Shown here: positions 40,024 to 49,621 of the stretch, one piece after another
How the letters are laid out: each line of letters begins with the position of its first letter
Position numbering within the stretch: position 1 is the stretch's first letter
NCBI GenBank assembly: GCA_963976765.1
Contig: CAXBME010000043.1
Span: 1-50,581 of the forward strand
Source: an uncultured Planctomycetaceae bacterium
GTDB lineage: Bacteria > Planctomycetota > Planctomycetia > Planctomycetales > Planctomycetaceae
Length of the DNA stretch: 50,581 nucleotides
Reading direction: 5' to 3'
Position numbers and translations under genes: made by a program
The notes under the pieces: generated by a model
What the model saw: the letters and a program-made list of their open reading frames with translations, nothing else
What the model was told of the DNA's origin: nothing
The model's database searches: none

Positions 40024-41523
40024 ATGGCTGACTCAAAACTCGTTGTCTTTGTCCACGGTTGGTCTGTCAGACACACGAATACTTATGGACGGCTGCCCGA
40101 TCGACTCAAAGTCGAAGCCGCTGCGGCAGGTATCGATATCGACGTCGAAAACGTCTACCTGAGCAAGTACATCAGTTTTCGGGATGAAGTCCGTGTCGAA
40201 GACATCGCTCGTGGTATGGAAGCAGCCTTTTCCAACGAGCCTGCTATTCAGACGGCTCTGACAGATGGTCGCCGAATGGTCGTGATCACTCATTCGACGG
40301 GCGGCCCAGTGGCACGCGAGTGGTTGTTTCGTTTCTACGTAAAGCAGAAACGGTCGTGCCCGATGAGCCACCTCATCATGCTGGCACCTGCCAATTTTGG
40401 CAGTGCATTGGCGCAGCTGGGGAAGAGCAAAGTGAGCCGATTAAAGAGCTGGGCTGAAGGAGTTGAACCTGGTCAGGGAGTACTCGACTGGCTGGAACTC
40501 GGCAGTGACGAATCATGGCAGCTCAACGAAAGCTGGATTCGTCAGACGCCCAAATGGTCCGCTCAAGGCGATGTCCATCAGTTTGTGCTGACGGGGCAAC
40601 AGATTGACCGGTCCCTCTACGATCACGTCAACAGCTACACCGGCGAAACCGGGTCGGACGGTGTGGTGCGAGTCGCCGCTGCAAACCTGAATGCAACGTA
40701 CGTCAAATGCGTCCAGGAGATCGATCAGGACGAGGCTGACAAAGGCAACTGGCGAGCCACGAAATTTCGTCAGGCCATAAGAAGGGTCGCTCCGAAGACT
40801 GCATTGGCGGTGCTGCCTGGACAGTCTCATTCCGGAGCAACGAAGGGCATTCTTCGCAGTGTAAAAATGACCGGAGATCATCCGACGGTTTCGGCCATTC
40901 TGAAATGTCTGACCGTTGACGATGCGGATGATTATGCAAAAGTCGTCAAAGACTTCGCGACCCTGACGAAGAAGACGCAGGAAGACGAGCACACCGAGAT
41001 CGAAGATCGATTCTTTTTTTCGGATCGAGTCTTCACTCATCCAGCCACGACGCAGATGATCGTTCGGATTACTGACGAGGCTGGGCATTCGCTGGATGAC
41101 TTCGATTTCCTGCTCACCAGTTGGGACAGGGACGCGGCAAAGGCTGCCTATCGAGTCCCCAATCCCAACCTCTTACCGAGCGGATTCCTGATCGATCGGC
41201 AGCGTAATCAGATTCGCAGGAACACTCTCACATTTTATTTGAATCACGAACTCATCGCGTCGACAGCCAACCTGGGCGTCGCCGTCCTTCCACGTCCCGA
41301 ACCGGCTCCCAACGCCAAACGTGCCGACGATTTCTTTGTCCATTATCTGCGCGGACTGATCGGCAGTGATGCGAAAACGATTGCCGCTTATCTTCAGCCA
41401 AATTCCACGTTGATGCTCGACATCGTGATGCTCCGCATGGTCCGTCAAGGTGTCTTCAGCCTGACCAGAGATACGAACGCCCGCGATTTCACAAATACGG
41501 ATCCCGGCGCCCCAGTCAGTTAA
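40024..41523 (+). CDS. plaB: Alpha/beta-hydrolase, Legionella PlaB-like phospholipase A
   Basis: FVHGWSV, THSTGG nucleophile motif, LIMLAPAN.GSALAQLGKS, VLDWLELGS, SYTGE.GSDGVVRVAA and SHSG, as recalled for the PlaB family; GGAG well spaced from ATG 40024. Confidence 0.8.
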   Translation: MADSKLVVFVHGWSVRHTNTYGRLPDRLKVEAAAAGIDIDVENVYLSKYISFRDEVRVEDIARGMEAAFSNEPAIQTALTDGRRMVVITHSTGGPVAREWLFRFYVKQKRSCPMSHLIMLAPANFGSALAQLGKSKVSRLKSWAEGVEPGQGVLDWLELGSDESWQLNESWIRQTPKWSAQGDVHQFVLTGQQIDRSLYDHVNSYTGETGSDGVVRVAAANLNATYVKCVQEIDQDEADKGNWRATKFRQAIRRVAPKTALAVLPGQSHSGATKGILRSVKMTGDHPTVSAILKCLTVDDADDYAKVVKDFATLTKKTQEDEHTEIEDRFFFSDRVFTHPATTQMIVRITDEAGHSLDDFDFLLTSWDRDAAKAAYRVPNPNLLPSGFLIDRQRNQIRRNTLTFYLNHELIASTANLGVAVLPRPEPAPNAKRADDFFVHYLRGLIGSDAKTIAAYLQPNSTLMLDIVMLRMVRQGVFSLTRDTNARDFTNTDPGAPVS

Positions 41524-41578
41524 CGCGACAGGCTGGTGTGATTCAGCACTGCCGGTCGTCTGTTCGACTGGCAGTGCG

Positions 41579-42406
41579 TCACTTGTCTTCATTCTGCTCA
41601 AGAAGGTCGCGGTCGTAGTCATCTTCCAGTTCGAGAATTTTGCGAGCCATCTCATCATTTTCCCCAATGATGGATGAGATTTCCTGCTCCCATTCGTTGC
41701 TGGCAGTGCGAAGCTCGTCCATGTTTGGCGACAGTTTCAGGAGTGCCGACAGACGACGAGTGATGGCCTCGATGCAGAACGGATTAGTTCCCTGAAGGTA
41801 GCCCGGAATTTCAGCCACGAGTGACACCATCTCCAGACCCTGCTCGGGAGCCTTCGACATAAGGTATGTCATGAACGAGCCGGGGCCTTCGTAGCCGGTT
41901 CGCCGCATGCCAAACGGAGCCACCTCGTCGTGCAGCGTCTCGTCGGAACAGGTGACGTACATTCTCGGCTCGCGAGTGTGCGGGACCATGCCGCCAAAAG
42001 AGCCGACAAACATCAGCCTTGAAACCTGACACTGCCTGGCGACTTCGAAAATGCACTCGCCGAATGTCCGCCACTTCAAGTTCGGCTCTTTGCCTTTGAA
42101 GAGGAGCAGATTGGCGGACTTGGCAAAGTAGAACTCGTTCGTCGGCATGTCGACTGACTTAACGAGTCCGTCTTCGATATCGATGTGCGGGCGAAACTGC
42201 GCCGTGTGTTCCATCGATCCGGGCAGATTGAAAATGTAGAATGGCTCGATATCAATTTCGGCCACCGGTTCGGCATCAAGGAGCCTGATCAACCGACTGA
42301 CCGTCCCCGTCGACGCATCGCCTCCGTCCATCCAGCCTGAAAAAGAAAGCAGCAGCGTCCCGTTCTCAAGCCTTGGCAGGTCTTCAGAATGCAGTAAATC
42401 TTCCAC
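41579..42406 (-). CDS. PAC2 (proteasome assembly chaperone-like, DUF75) family protein
   Basis: FSGWMDGG, RP, EPNLKW, VPHTR, YEGP, IPGY motifs; helical C-terminus. Confidence 0.88.
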   Translation of the reverse strand: MEDLLHSEDLPRLENGTLLLSFSGWMDGGDASTGTVSRLIRLLDAEPVAEIDIEPFYIFNLPGSMEHTAQFRPHIDIEDGLVKSVDMPTNEFYFAKSANLLLFKGKEPNLKWRTFGECIFEVARQCQVSRLMFVGSFGGMVPHTREPRMYVTCSDETLHDEVAPFGMRRTGYEGPGSFMTYLMSKAPEQGLEMVSLVAEIPGYLQGTNPFCIEAITRRLSALLKLSPNMDELRTASNEWEQEISSIIGENDEMARKILELEDDYDRDLLEQNEDK

Positions 42407-42585
42407 AGAATCTTCCCTGAAATTGCACCGTCAAATCTTCGACTCGATCAAGGATCGGATTCTGATAAGAGAAGTACTTTCTGAACAGGAGACAGCAGAG
42501 AAAACAGAGTTTGGAGTCGAAACCTGTTTACATGTCCTCAGTTCGCTCCTGTGGAAGACATCGCCCACCAAGCAGCTTGCGACGA

Positions 42586-42720
42586 CTACTCAAGGATGTC
42601 ACTGACGGTTCGACCGTGGAAATCGGTCAGGCGGAAGTCGCGGCGAGCGTCGATGCAGGTCTGGCGTTCGTGGTTCAGGCTGAGCCGATGCAAAATCGTG
42701 AAACGCGGGTCAGCAGGGGA
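42586..42720 (-). pseudogene. Orphan C-terminal fragment of a DUF1501-family gene
   Basis: Minus-strand translation of 42699-42586 reads TILHRLSLNHERQTCIDARRDFRLTDFHGRTVSDILE*, resembling the DUF1501 C-terminus (TILH.LG..H..LT....GRDFRLTDVHG....IL). There is no room for the rest of the gene. Confidence 0.7.
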
Positions 42721-42878
42721 ATTCAAGGTTCGGCTGCAAACACGTTGATTACCGTCTCGCAAACCACATTGACCGGACGGCTGTTCTCTTCGTAACTTTC
42801 GCGCGTCCGACTCGCCATTGGTCGACGATTCTGTCGCCGACCACCACTTCTCGCTGCACCGCTACACTGAGACAAAGC

Positions 42879-43790
42879 ATGCCGGATCCTCACATCTCAG
42901 GCCGATCGGTGTTCGTTTTGCTGGTCGTTGTTTTTGCGGTCGCCTCGCCAAGCCTGATGCGGTCGGCTCTGGCTGAGACATTTGACAGGATCAGTTCGGA
43001 AGTCAGACAGCCTTCCACTGGCTCGGGCGGCGTTCCGGCAGATAATGCATCGTCGTCCGAACGCGAGAAAAAATCACGAGACCGCCAAGTCCACCACTCG
43101 GACTACTGCGAAGACGATGACCATAATGACAACGCTATCGCAAATTTTCTCGCTGCTGGAGTGCTCGTGGGAGTAACGTCGCCTTTCTGGGGACCGCACG
43201 AGGCTTTGGATGACGATCTGTCATTCCGTGGCTACTTTCCTGAGCATCCTTATGACAATGCAGAAGGCAGTCTTTTACTCGATAAGTCGCCGCAAGGCGC
43301 TCACGATTCGTTGATCGTTCTGCAGGGGCAATATGGCGACAACTTTGACAACATCTTTCACGCCAACGGTCGATTGCTGATGGAACATTCCTCGCGGTTC
43401 GGAATCGACACCGAATTTTTCTACCGGAATGAAGACATTGGAACCGGACACGATGAGTTGTGGACGGGCGACTTCAATGTGACTTACCGGTTTGCTCAAA
43501 GTGAGAAGTGGCAGTTTCGGGCCGGTCTGGGCGCGAACTGGCTGGTCTATAACGACGAGGCCGACGAAGGCATCAACTTCACTTATGGGGCCGACTGGTT
43601 TCCTGCTGACCCGATTGTCGTGTCTGCGCTACTCGACTGGGGGCGAGTCGGCGATGCAGGACTGTTTCACGGTCGCACGACGATTGGCATTTCGCACAAC
43701 GGCTGGGGAGTTTTCACCGGTTACGATTTCTTCGAGATCGGCCACCAGGAAATCCACTCCTGGATCAATGGCATCGAACTGCGTTTTTAA
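42879..43790 (+). CDS. Hypothetical outer-membrane beta-barrel-like protein
   Basis: Signal-like N-terminus; alternating aromatic/Gly beta-strands in the C-terminal half; terminal Phe (GIELRF). Confidence 0.65.
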   Translation: MPDPHISGRSVFVLLVVVFAVASPSLMRSALAETFDRISSEVRQPSTGSGGVPADNASSSEREKKSRDRQVHHSDYCEDDDHNDNAIANFLAAGVLVGVTSPFWGPHEALDDDLSFRGYFPEHPYDNAEGSLLLDKSPQGAHDSLIVLQGQYGDNFDNIFHANGRLLMEHSSRFGIDTEFFYRNEDIGTGHDELWTGDFNVTYRFAQSEKWQFRAGLGANWLVYNDEADEGINFTYGADWFPADPIVVSALLDWGRVGDAGLFHGRTTIGISHNGWGVFTGYDFFEIGHQEIHSWINGIELRF

Positions 43791-43840
43791 CAGGGCGAGT
43801 TGTTGGTGACAAAGCGAGTTTCTGGAAACGCTCGGTGCAT

Positions 43841-43876
43841 AAAAAAGCCCCGCGTGTCGGGCCAGATCACGCGGGA
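43841..43876 (-). terminator. Intrinsic terminator downstream of the small TPR gene
   Basis: Minus strand: CCCGCGTG/CACGCGGG stem followed by GC and T6. Confidence 0.6.
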
Positions 43877-43972
43877 CCCGGACCAGCTCCGAAGAGCCGA
43901 TCCAAAGCTTCATTTGTTTTGCTGATAAGACCGTACCTTCTGGAAATACCTCCGGCAGCCTGTCTGAGAAAC

Positions 43973-44449
43973 TTATTCCGGTTCAGGGCGGGTCAGTTGG
44001 ATCGTCAATCCGTCGTTAAGGTCAAATTTGATCTGTAAGTTGCCGAAATGTGGAATGTCGATTCGGACATTCGAAGGTGGTTCCATCTGAGGCCGTTGAG
44101 GAGTATCAGTATCGCTCCTTTGTTCCAGATACTCCATCGTCTGAGTCATGTCGCCGGCTATAGCCGAACGGCCAGATTTTTCGAGACAGTCGTTCAACGC
44201 CTCCCATGCTTGCTGGCCAGTTTCCGACGGTAGTGTCTGCGCCGCTCGCCGCAACGGTGCAATTGCTTCGTCGTACAACCCCTGATTCCGTAATGACTCT
44301 CCAAGTAACCACATGTAGGCCCCCTCAAAAGGGGCAGGATTTTCAATATTCTGCAATTCAGCCAAGGCGTCCGCCGGTAGTCCCAATTCGAGATACCCTT
44401 CTGCTGCGGTCATTCGCCGGGCGATCCTGTTTACCTTATTGGCTTCCAT
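43973..44449 (-). CDS. Small TPR-like protein (AEGYLELG type)
   Basis: AAEGYLELG...ALAEL and LLGESLRNQGLYDEAIAPL TPR helices; AGGAG RBS. Confidence 0.8.
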   Translation of the reverse strand: MEANKVNRIARRMTAAEGYLELGLPADALAELQNIENPAPFEGAYMWLLGESLRNQGLYDEAIAPLRRAAQTLPSETGQQAWEALNDCLEKSGRSAIAGDMTQTMEYLEQRSDTDTPQRPQMEPPSNVRIDIPHFGNLQIKFDLNDGLTIQLTRPEPE

Positions 44450-44521
44450 TGTCGACTCCTCTCAGGTTCAAGGTTGCGAGTTACCACCTTTGGCAAGCTC
44501 TTCCTCGTTCCCTTTGAATGT

Positions 44522-44537
44522 AGCAACGATCGTGCCA
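44522..44537 (-). promoter_or_regulatory. Sigma-54 (-24/-12) promoter
   Basis: Minus strand TGGCACGATCGTTGCT is a perfect match to TGGCACG-N4-TTGCW, about 70 bp upstream of ATG 44449. Confidence 0.8.
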
Positions 44538-44953
44538 GTCGATCTTAAACACGAGTCCGCAACGTCTATCGCAAAGTGAGATACGATGTTGCGAAAAACC
44601 TGCAGCTTTTTGCTCAACTCAGGTCTGCCAATCTGGCAACAGAGACGCTGCTCGCCGAGCAAGGTTCCCGAAATTCAGTGAGTAATCTCATTCATGGTGC
44701 CACCCAGTCAGAACGTTACGGTGCCGGTCTCAGTCGAAGTCGACTAGATTAATCGCGATCTGTCGGTCGTCGTCCATGACATGGCGAACTCTTGATCCAT
44801 CAATGCGACGTTTGCCAGTCCTCTCCTCGATTTGCCAAACGACCAGGCACCGCTGCATCCGACTGTTGCATTCGCCTGCTGGCTCTGCAAACTCAGGTAC
44901 GTCGAATTCGATCGGCTTAATGGAAACTCATTTTTTCTGGAGGCAAACAATTG

Positions 44954-46600
44954 ATGAAATCACATTCTGGCATTCTTACTGGCTGCATTGCCCTGTCGGT
45001 TTTCTGCCACCTGGTCAGTGATTGTTCAGCTGCTCAGAGGTCGGAGGCTCGACAACGACCGAACATCATCTTCATCTTTACTGACGACCACGCGACTCAT
45101 TCGATGAGTTGCTACGGCTCGAAGATCAACCGGACGCCCAATCTGGATCGTATCGCCAATGAAGGCATGCTCTTCGAAAATACGTTCTGCACGAATTCAA
45201 TCTGCGGGCCGAGTCGTGCCGTCATCCTGACCGGCAAGCACAGCCACTTGAACGGTTTCCGGCAGAACGGAAACAGGTTCGACTGTGGCCAGCAGCTGTT
45301 TCCGAAATTGCTTCAGAAGGCTGGTTACCAGACGGCGATTGTCGGTAAGTGGCATCTTGGCCACGGGGGGATCAGCGATCCGCAGGGGTTCGACTATTGG
45401 GAAATTCTTCAAGGGCAGGGGCCGTACTACAACCCGCCGATGATCAGGAATGGCGAGAAGGTCAATCACGTCGGCTACACGACGGACATCATCACTGATC
45501 TCGCTCTCGACTGGTTAAAAGAAAAACGCGATGGCGACAAACCGTTCATGCTGATGTTTCAGCAGAAGGCTCCGCACCGAAACTGGCAGCCCAGCCCGAA
45601 GCACTTGACGATGTACGATGACGTCACGATTCCCGAACCTGACAATCTGTTCGACACTTACGAAGGGCGAGGTCGCGCCGCTCACGAGCAGGACATGAGC
45701 ATTGCCAGAACGATGACCGCGTCCGATCTGAAGCTGACTCCACCCGGCAATCTGACTCCCGAGCAGAGGGCAGTCTGGGATGCTGCTTACGAACCAAAGA
45801 ATGAAGAGTTCCGCAAAGCAAATCTTCAGGGAAAAGACCTCATCAGTTGGAAGTATCAGCGATACATCAAGGACTACCTGAGGTGCGTCGCGTCGGTCGA
45901 TGACAACGTCGGTCGCATGCTCGAGTACCTCGATGAAACCGGTCTCGCAGAAAACACCGTTGTGATGTACTCGTCCGACCAGGGCTTCTACCTGGGGGAT
46001 CACGGCTGGTTCGATAAACGTTTCATGTATGAAGAATCGTACCGCATGCCGTTTCTGGTCCGCTGGCCGGGCGTCATCAAGCCTGGTTCACGCTGTCAGG
46101 AACTGACTTCGAATCTCGACTTCGGGGAGACATTCCTGGACATCGCTGGTGTCAAAATTCCATCCGACATGCAGGGCGTCAGCCTGAAGCCGCTGTTCGA
46201 CGGTTCAACTCCGAAGACCTGGCGGCAAAGTCTTTACTATCACTATTACGAGTTCTACGAAGATCGACGGGCTGCGCACATGGTACGGCGTCATAACGGA
46301 GTCAGGACTCCACAGCACAAGCTCATCCACTTCTACAATCTCGACGAATGGGAGCTCTACGACCTGAAGAAGGACCCGCGGGAAATGACCAGCCGCTATG
46401 ACGATCCCGCCTACGCCGGCGTGGTCGAAGAGCTGAAGGCTGAACTGGCTCGACTTCAGAAGGTTTACGAAGTTCCTGACGACACCGGCTCGGTCTCGAA
46501 AGATCCACCCAGCCTGAAACCGCGTCAGGCAAAACCTTCCCCGACGAAACAGCCAAAGAACACGAAGCGAAAAAAGGCACCGCCTAAGACCGGCGAGTAG
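44954..46600 (+). CDS. Formylglycine-dependent (S1) sulfatase, N-acetylglucosamine-6-sulfatase-like
   Basis: [18 protein letters not shown] (CxPxR), [30 protein letters not shown]; Lys/Pro-rich tail; GGAGG RBS. Confidence 0.95.
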   Translation: MKSHSGILTGCIALSVFCHLVSDCSAAQRSEARQRPNIIFIFTDDHATHSMSCYGSKINRTPNLDRIANEGMLFENTFCTNSICGPSRAVILTGKHSHLNGFRQNGNRFDCGQQLFPKLLQKAGYQTAIVGKWHLGHGGISDPQGFDYWEILQGQGPYYNPPMIRNGEKVNHVGYTTDIITDLALDWLKEKRDGDKPFMLMFQQKAPHRNWQPSPKHLTMYDDVTIPEPDNLFDTYEGRGRAAHEQDMSIARTMTASDLKLTPPGNLTPEQRAVWDAAYEPKNEEFRKANLQGKDLISWKYQRYIKDYLRCVASVDDNVGRMLEYLDETGLAENTVVMYSSDQGFYLGDHGWFDKRFMYEESYRMPFLVRWPGVIKPGSRCQELTSNLDFGETFLDIAGVKIPSDMQGVSLKPLFDGSTPKTWRQSLYYHYYEFYEDRRAAHMVRRHNGVRTPQHKLIHFYNLDEWELYDLKKDPREMTSRYDDPAYAGVVEELKAELARLQKVYEVPDDTGSVSKDPPSLKPRQAKPSPTKQPKNTKRKKAPPKTGE

Positions 46601-46638
46601 TTCAGCAGATTGTTTAATCGGAGGATGCACGCTTCATT

Positions 46639-46670
46639 CAGAGACGAGCAGCTTTGCTCGTCTCTGTTTG
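46639..46670 (+). terminator. Hairpin/terminator after the sulfatase
   Basis: Perfect 12-bp stem CAGAGACGAGCA-GCTT-TGCTCGTCTCTG followed by TTTG. Confidence 0.6.
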
Positions 46671-47311
46671 CGCGCCGAGCAACTTCAATCTTCGGCAGAT
46701 GGTCCGACAACTGCAAATTTCTCAAGGCTGGATGGCAGGTAACTGAAACCCGCATCCTTAAGTTCTCGACATGGCAAAGCCTGGTCTTGAGATCAGTTGA
46801 TAAGTAAGGATCATCAGATTGAAATTTCGTCAAGTAGAGTTTCTTCCGAAGTTGATGATTTTTTAAACACTGAAACTTCAGGCATTTTGGGGTTAGGAGA
46901 TTACTCTCGCCCTGGTAGACTGAGTCACAGATGACAGAAACGGGTTTCGTTCGAGACCTGTCTCCGGTCTCAAGGTGCAGCTCAACAGTTCCTTTCAATC
47001 GGTTCGACATCTCAGAACCGGCGACTTCAATTCGGAACAGATGGACCTTGCGATCAAGTCCGCGTTCGACGCTGGAGACTCAGCCATGCTGACGTTCTTG
47101 CCCGGCAAACTGGACGGCGTGCGATTCTGGCTGGTAGGCCAGGGCCGGTCGATGGGAGTCCATCATTTGAAGCTGTGTGATCACTTTGGTCGGAAAGAGA
47201 TCAGCCAGGCTGAGCAACATCGCGTTTTCGAGCATTCGATGCCACGACTCGGTGGTCCTTCCCAATGTTCTGGCACTGGGTTTGTGTCAATTTACACTGG
47301 ATGCAACCTTC

Positions 47312-47327
47312 TGGCACAGCTTCTGCT
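47312..47327 (+). promoter_or_regulatory. Candidate sigma-54 (-24/-12) promoter
   Basis: TGGCACAGCTTCTGCT has exact GG-N10-GC spacing with TGGCAC and TGCT, about 175 bp upstream of ATG 47504. Confidence 0.6.
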
Positions 47328-47503
47328 CGTAAACTGCCGCAGGCAAATGCGGCGTTCACAAACGCTGTCTTGCTGGAGCCGCAGCATCGATAGTCTGTTG
47401 CGATTTGCGCATTGCGTCCGAAAACGCACACCGGGGTCGTCCTTAAAACGAACTCCACGAAGGAGTCACGCTTAGCAGATCAATCTTCTCAGGGAGTCCA
47501 GCC

Positions 47504-47944
47504 ATGCAGTCAACGCTCGTCGTTCGTCAGCCTCAACAATGCACAACACTCACCTGGTTACTTGTGGGTGACATTCGTGAGATGCTTCAGGATCATCTTG
47601 ATGAAGAGGCTATCTACTGGCTCAGGCCGATCCTCGATGCGTTGATCGCTGCCATGTGTGAGCAGTCAGAGCTGACCAGTCGCGAAGGCTGGTACAACGA
47701 CTTGCTTGGCAGCTTTCCGCATCTGATCTCGAGAGTCGCGAGAATCGAAGCCGAACAGAACACGCTTTGTAAGTCATTGCGCGAACTTCGGAACGGCATC
47801 GAACGAGACATTCCAGTCGACCGTCTCGCAAAAGAACTCGAGGCGGATTTAAACAGCTGGGTCGAGCTTCTGGTCAGGCACAGTCGTCGAGAGGCAATTC
47901 TCATGCAGGATGTGTGGTACACCGAGATTGGTGGCGAAGGATGA
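47504..47944 (+). CDS. Hemerythrin-like four-helix protein with degenerate metal ligands
   Basis: EGWY...PHL...EQ..L...H...E..L.Q..Y.EIG pattern, as recalled for planctomycete hemerythrin-like proteins; GGGAG RBS. Confidence 0.65.
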   Translation: MQSTLVVRQPQQCTTLTWLLVGDIREMLQDHLDEEAIYWLRPILDALIAAMCEQSELTSREGWYNDLLGSFPHLISRVARIEAEQNTLCKSLRELRNGIERDIPVDRLAKELEADLNSWVELLVRHSRREAILMQDVWYTEIGGEG

Positions 47945-48029
47945 CGCCGCCGGAAGACAAGGCTCATTGAGTCCAAAGTTTGATGCCAGCGAATTTCTGT
48001 CAGCTGAACGCTATCTTCTGGAGCGACCT

Positions 48030-48977
48030 ATGCAAGAAGCCGAATTGACTGTCGCTGATGTAATGACTACTCGTCTTGTCACCCTTTCCCCAGAGGAGCA
48101 CGTTCTCGACGGAATCGATCGTCTTCTTCGGAAAGAAATATCCGGTGCGCCGGTCGTTGATCAGGAGGGGCGATTCATTGGGACTTTTTCAGAGAAGTCC
48201 TGTATGAATGCCTTCGCAGTTATCGACAACGAACGGCAGCGTCGATGCGACGAGAGTCCATGTTTCGTTCGTGCAAGAGATTGCATGCAGACGTCGCTGG
48301 TGACGGTTTCGCCCGACTGTGATGTCTTTGACGCGATCGGCAAACTTCTGAACAACCGAGTCTCTGGCCTGCCCGTCATTCACCAGTCTGGAGAATTTAA
48401 GGGAGTCTTTTCCGAACGCTCAGCAATGCGAGTGCTGATTGACCTGACCTGGAATCAAATGTCGAGTGGACCTGTTTCCGCCTGGATGGACTCGGATCGT
48501 GCCCGGACGGTTATCGAACAAACTCTGCTCTCTGAATTGCGGGCCAGATTCAGCGAGACTCACTATCGCCGTCTGCCTGTCCTGAGTCACGGTCGCCTGG
48601 TCGGTCAGATCAGTCGTCGCGACGTGCTGCGAGCCGAACTCGACGGTCTCGTGAAAAGTTATCAGTCCAGCTCCGGGGCAATGATGCTTTCTGAATGGTT
48701 CGCGCCAGCTCCTCGTCATCAATGGCGCGTCGAAAACTTTGCATTTAAGCATGTAGCGACAGTTGGTCCGGATTATGACCTCATGTCAGTTGCACAGGAA
48801 TTTTTCCTGACGTCGGCTCGGCGGTTTCCTGTCATCGCTGATGGAAAACTGATCGGGCAAATCAGCCGCTGCGATCTGCTTCGTTCGGTCCAGAATTTAT
48901 TTCCGCGAGAAAAGCAACAACAGCGTCCATTGTATCTGAGTGCGGCGGCGGGCGACGTGGCGACGGTTCTGAAGTAA
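48030..48977 (+). CDS. Four-CBS-domain protein
   Basis: CBS motifs SGAPVV...SEKS, SGLPVI...SERS, RRLPV...GQISRRD and RRFPV...GQISRCD; GGAG before ATG 48030. Confidence 0.9.
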   Translation: MQEAELTVADVMTTRLVTLSPEEHVLDGIDRLLRKEISGAPVVDQEGRFIGTFSEKSCMNAFAVIDNERQRRCDESPCFVRARDCMQTSLVTVSPDCDVFDAIGKLLNNRVSGLPVIHQSGEFKGVFSERSAMRVLIDLTWNQMSSGPVSAWMDSDRARTVIEQTLLSELRARFSETHYRRLPVLSHGRLVGQISRRDVLRAELDGLVKSYQSSSGAMMLSEWFAPAPRHQWRVENFAFKHVATVGPDYDLMSVAQEFFLTSARRFPVIADGKLIGQISRCDLLRSVQNLFPREKQQQRPLYLSAAAGDVATVLK

Positions 48978-49197
48978 ATGCGAGCGCCGCCCGTGTCGAG
49001 TGGCAACTTCTGCTGCATTCACGATCAATTGCAACGAACCAGAATTGGAAAGTGAACCAGGATAGCTTTGAGACAGTCTGACCTTCATATGGAGAATCGA
49101 TTAAAAGCAGATTTCAAATTCAAACCAACAATCTTTCAGCAAAGCAAGTATCGACAGATCTAATGAGTGTCCACTTTCGTCACGGAGAGGAAATGCC

Positions 49198-49566
49198 ATG
49201 CAGGTTAACGTTCATGACAATCTTGCGGTTGCAAACTCACGCCGAGAACGATTCATTCGAGACCGAGTTGACGAATGCCTCGCGAGGTTTGTACCCCGGT
49301 TACATCAGGTTTCGATCAGTTTGAGCGAGATTGGCCACCATCGCGGCGAGAACCCGGATGTCTGTTGCAGGGTCTCTGCCAGTGCCGGTTCCCTCGGTGA
49401 TTTTGCCGTCACCGCCCAAAGCGGAATCACTCACCAGGCAATCGTTGAATCTCTCAAACATTTGACACGTGCACTCGATCGGAAGATTGGCAAGCGGCGA
49501 AGTCGTCGCAACGTAAAGTTCGAGATGCCGGCCGAGGAGGTTCTGGAAGTCGCCGAAATGATATAA
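49198..49566 (+). CDS. HPF/RaiA (S30AE) family ribosome-associated protein
   Basis: MQVNV...LARF...VSISL...G..D..CRV...A...L.RAL.R pattern with basic C-terminus; GGAGAGG RBS. Confidence 0.75.
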   Translation: MQVNVHDNLAVANSRRERFIRDRVDECLARFVPRLHQVSISLSEIGHHRGENPDVCCRVSASAGSLGDFAVTAQSGITHQAIVESLKHLTRALDRKIGKRRSRRNVKFEMPAEEVLEVAEMI

Positions 49567-49621
49567 CGACGATTCTGCGGACCGCACTTTGACTCAACTG
49601 TTCCTTCAATCCTGACATCTT

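Noticed and set aside
39876..40076. 66-aa minus-strand ORF upstream of the PlaB-like gene
   Set aside because: It overlaps the phospholipase start and has no recognisable family; it cannot be supported as a gene or remnant.
46525..47475. ORFs of 161 aa (minus) and 166 aa (plus) in the spacer
   Set aside because: No recognisable motifs or RBS; one overlaps the sulfatase and the other spans the candidate promoter.
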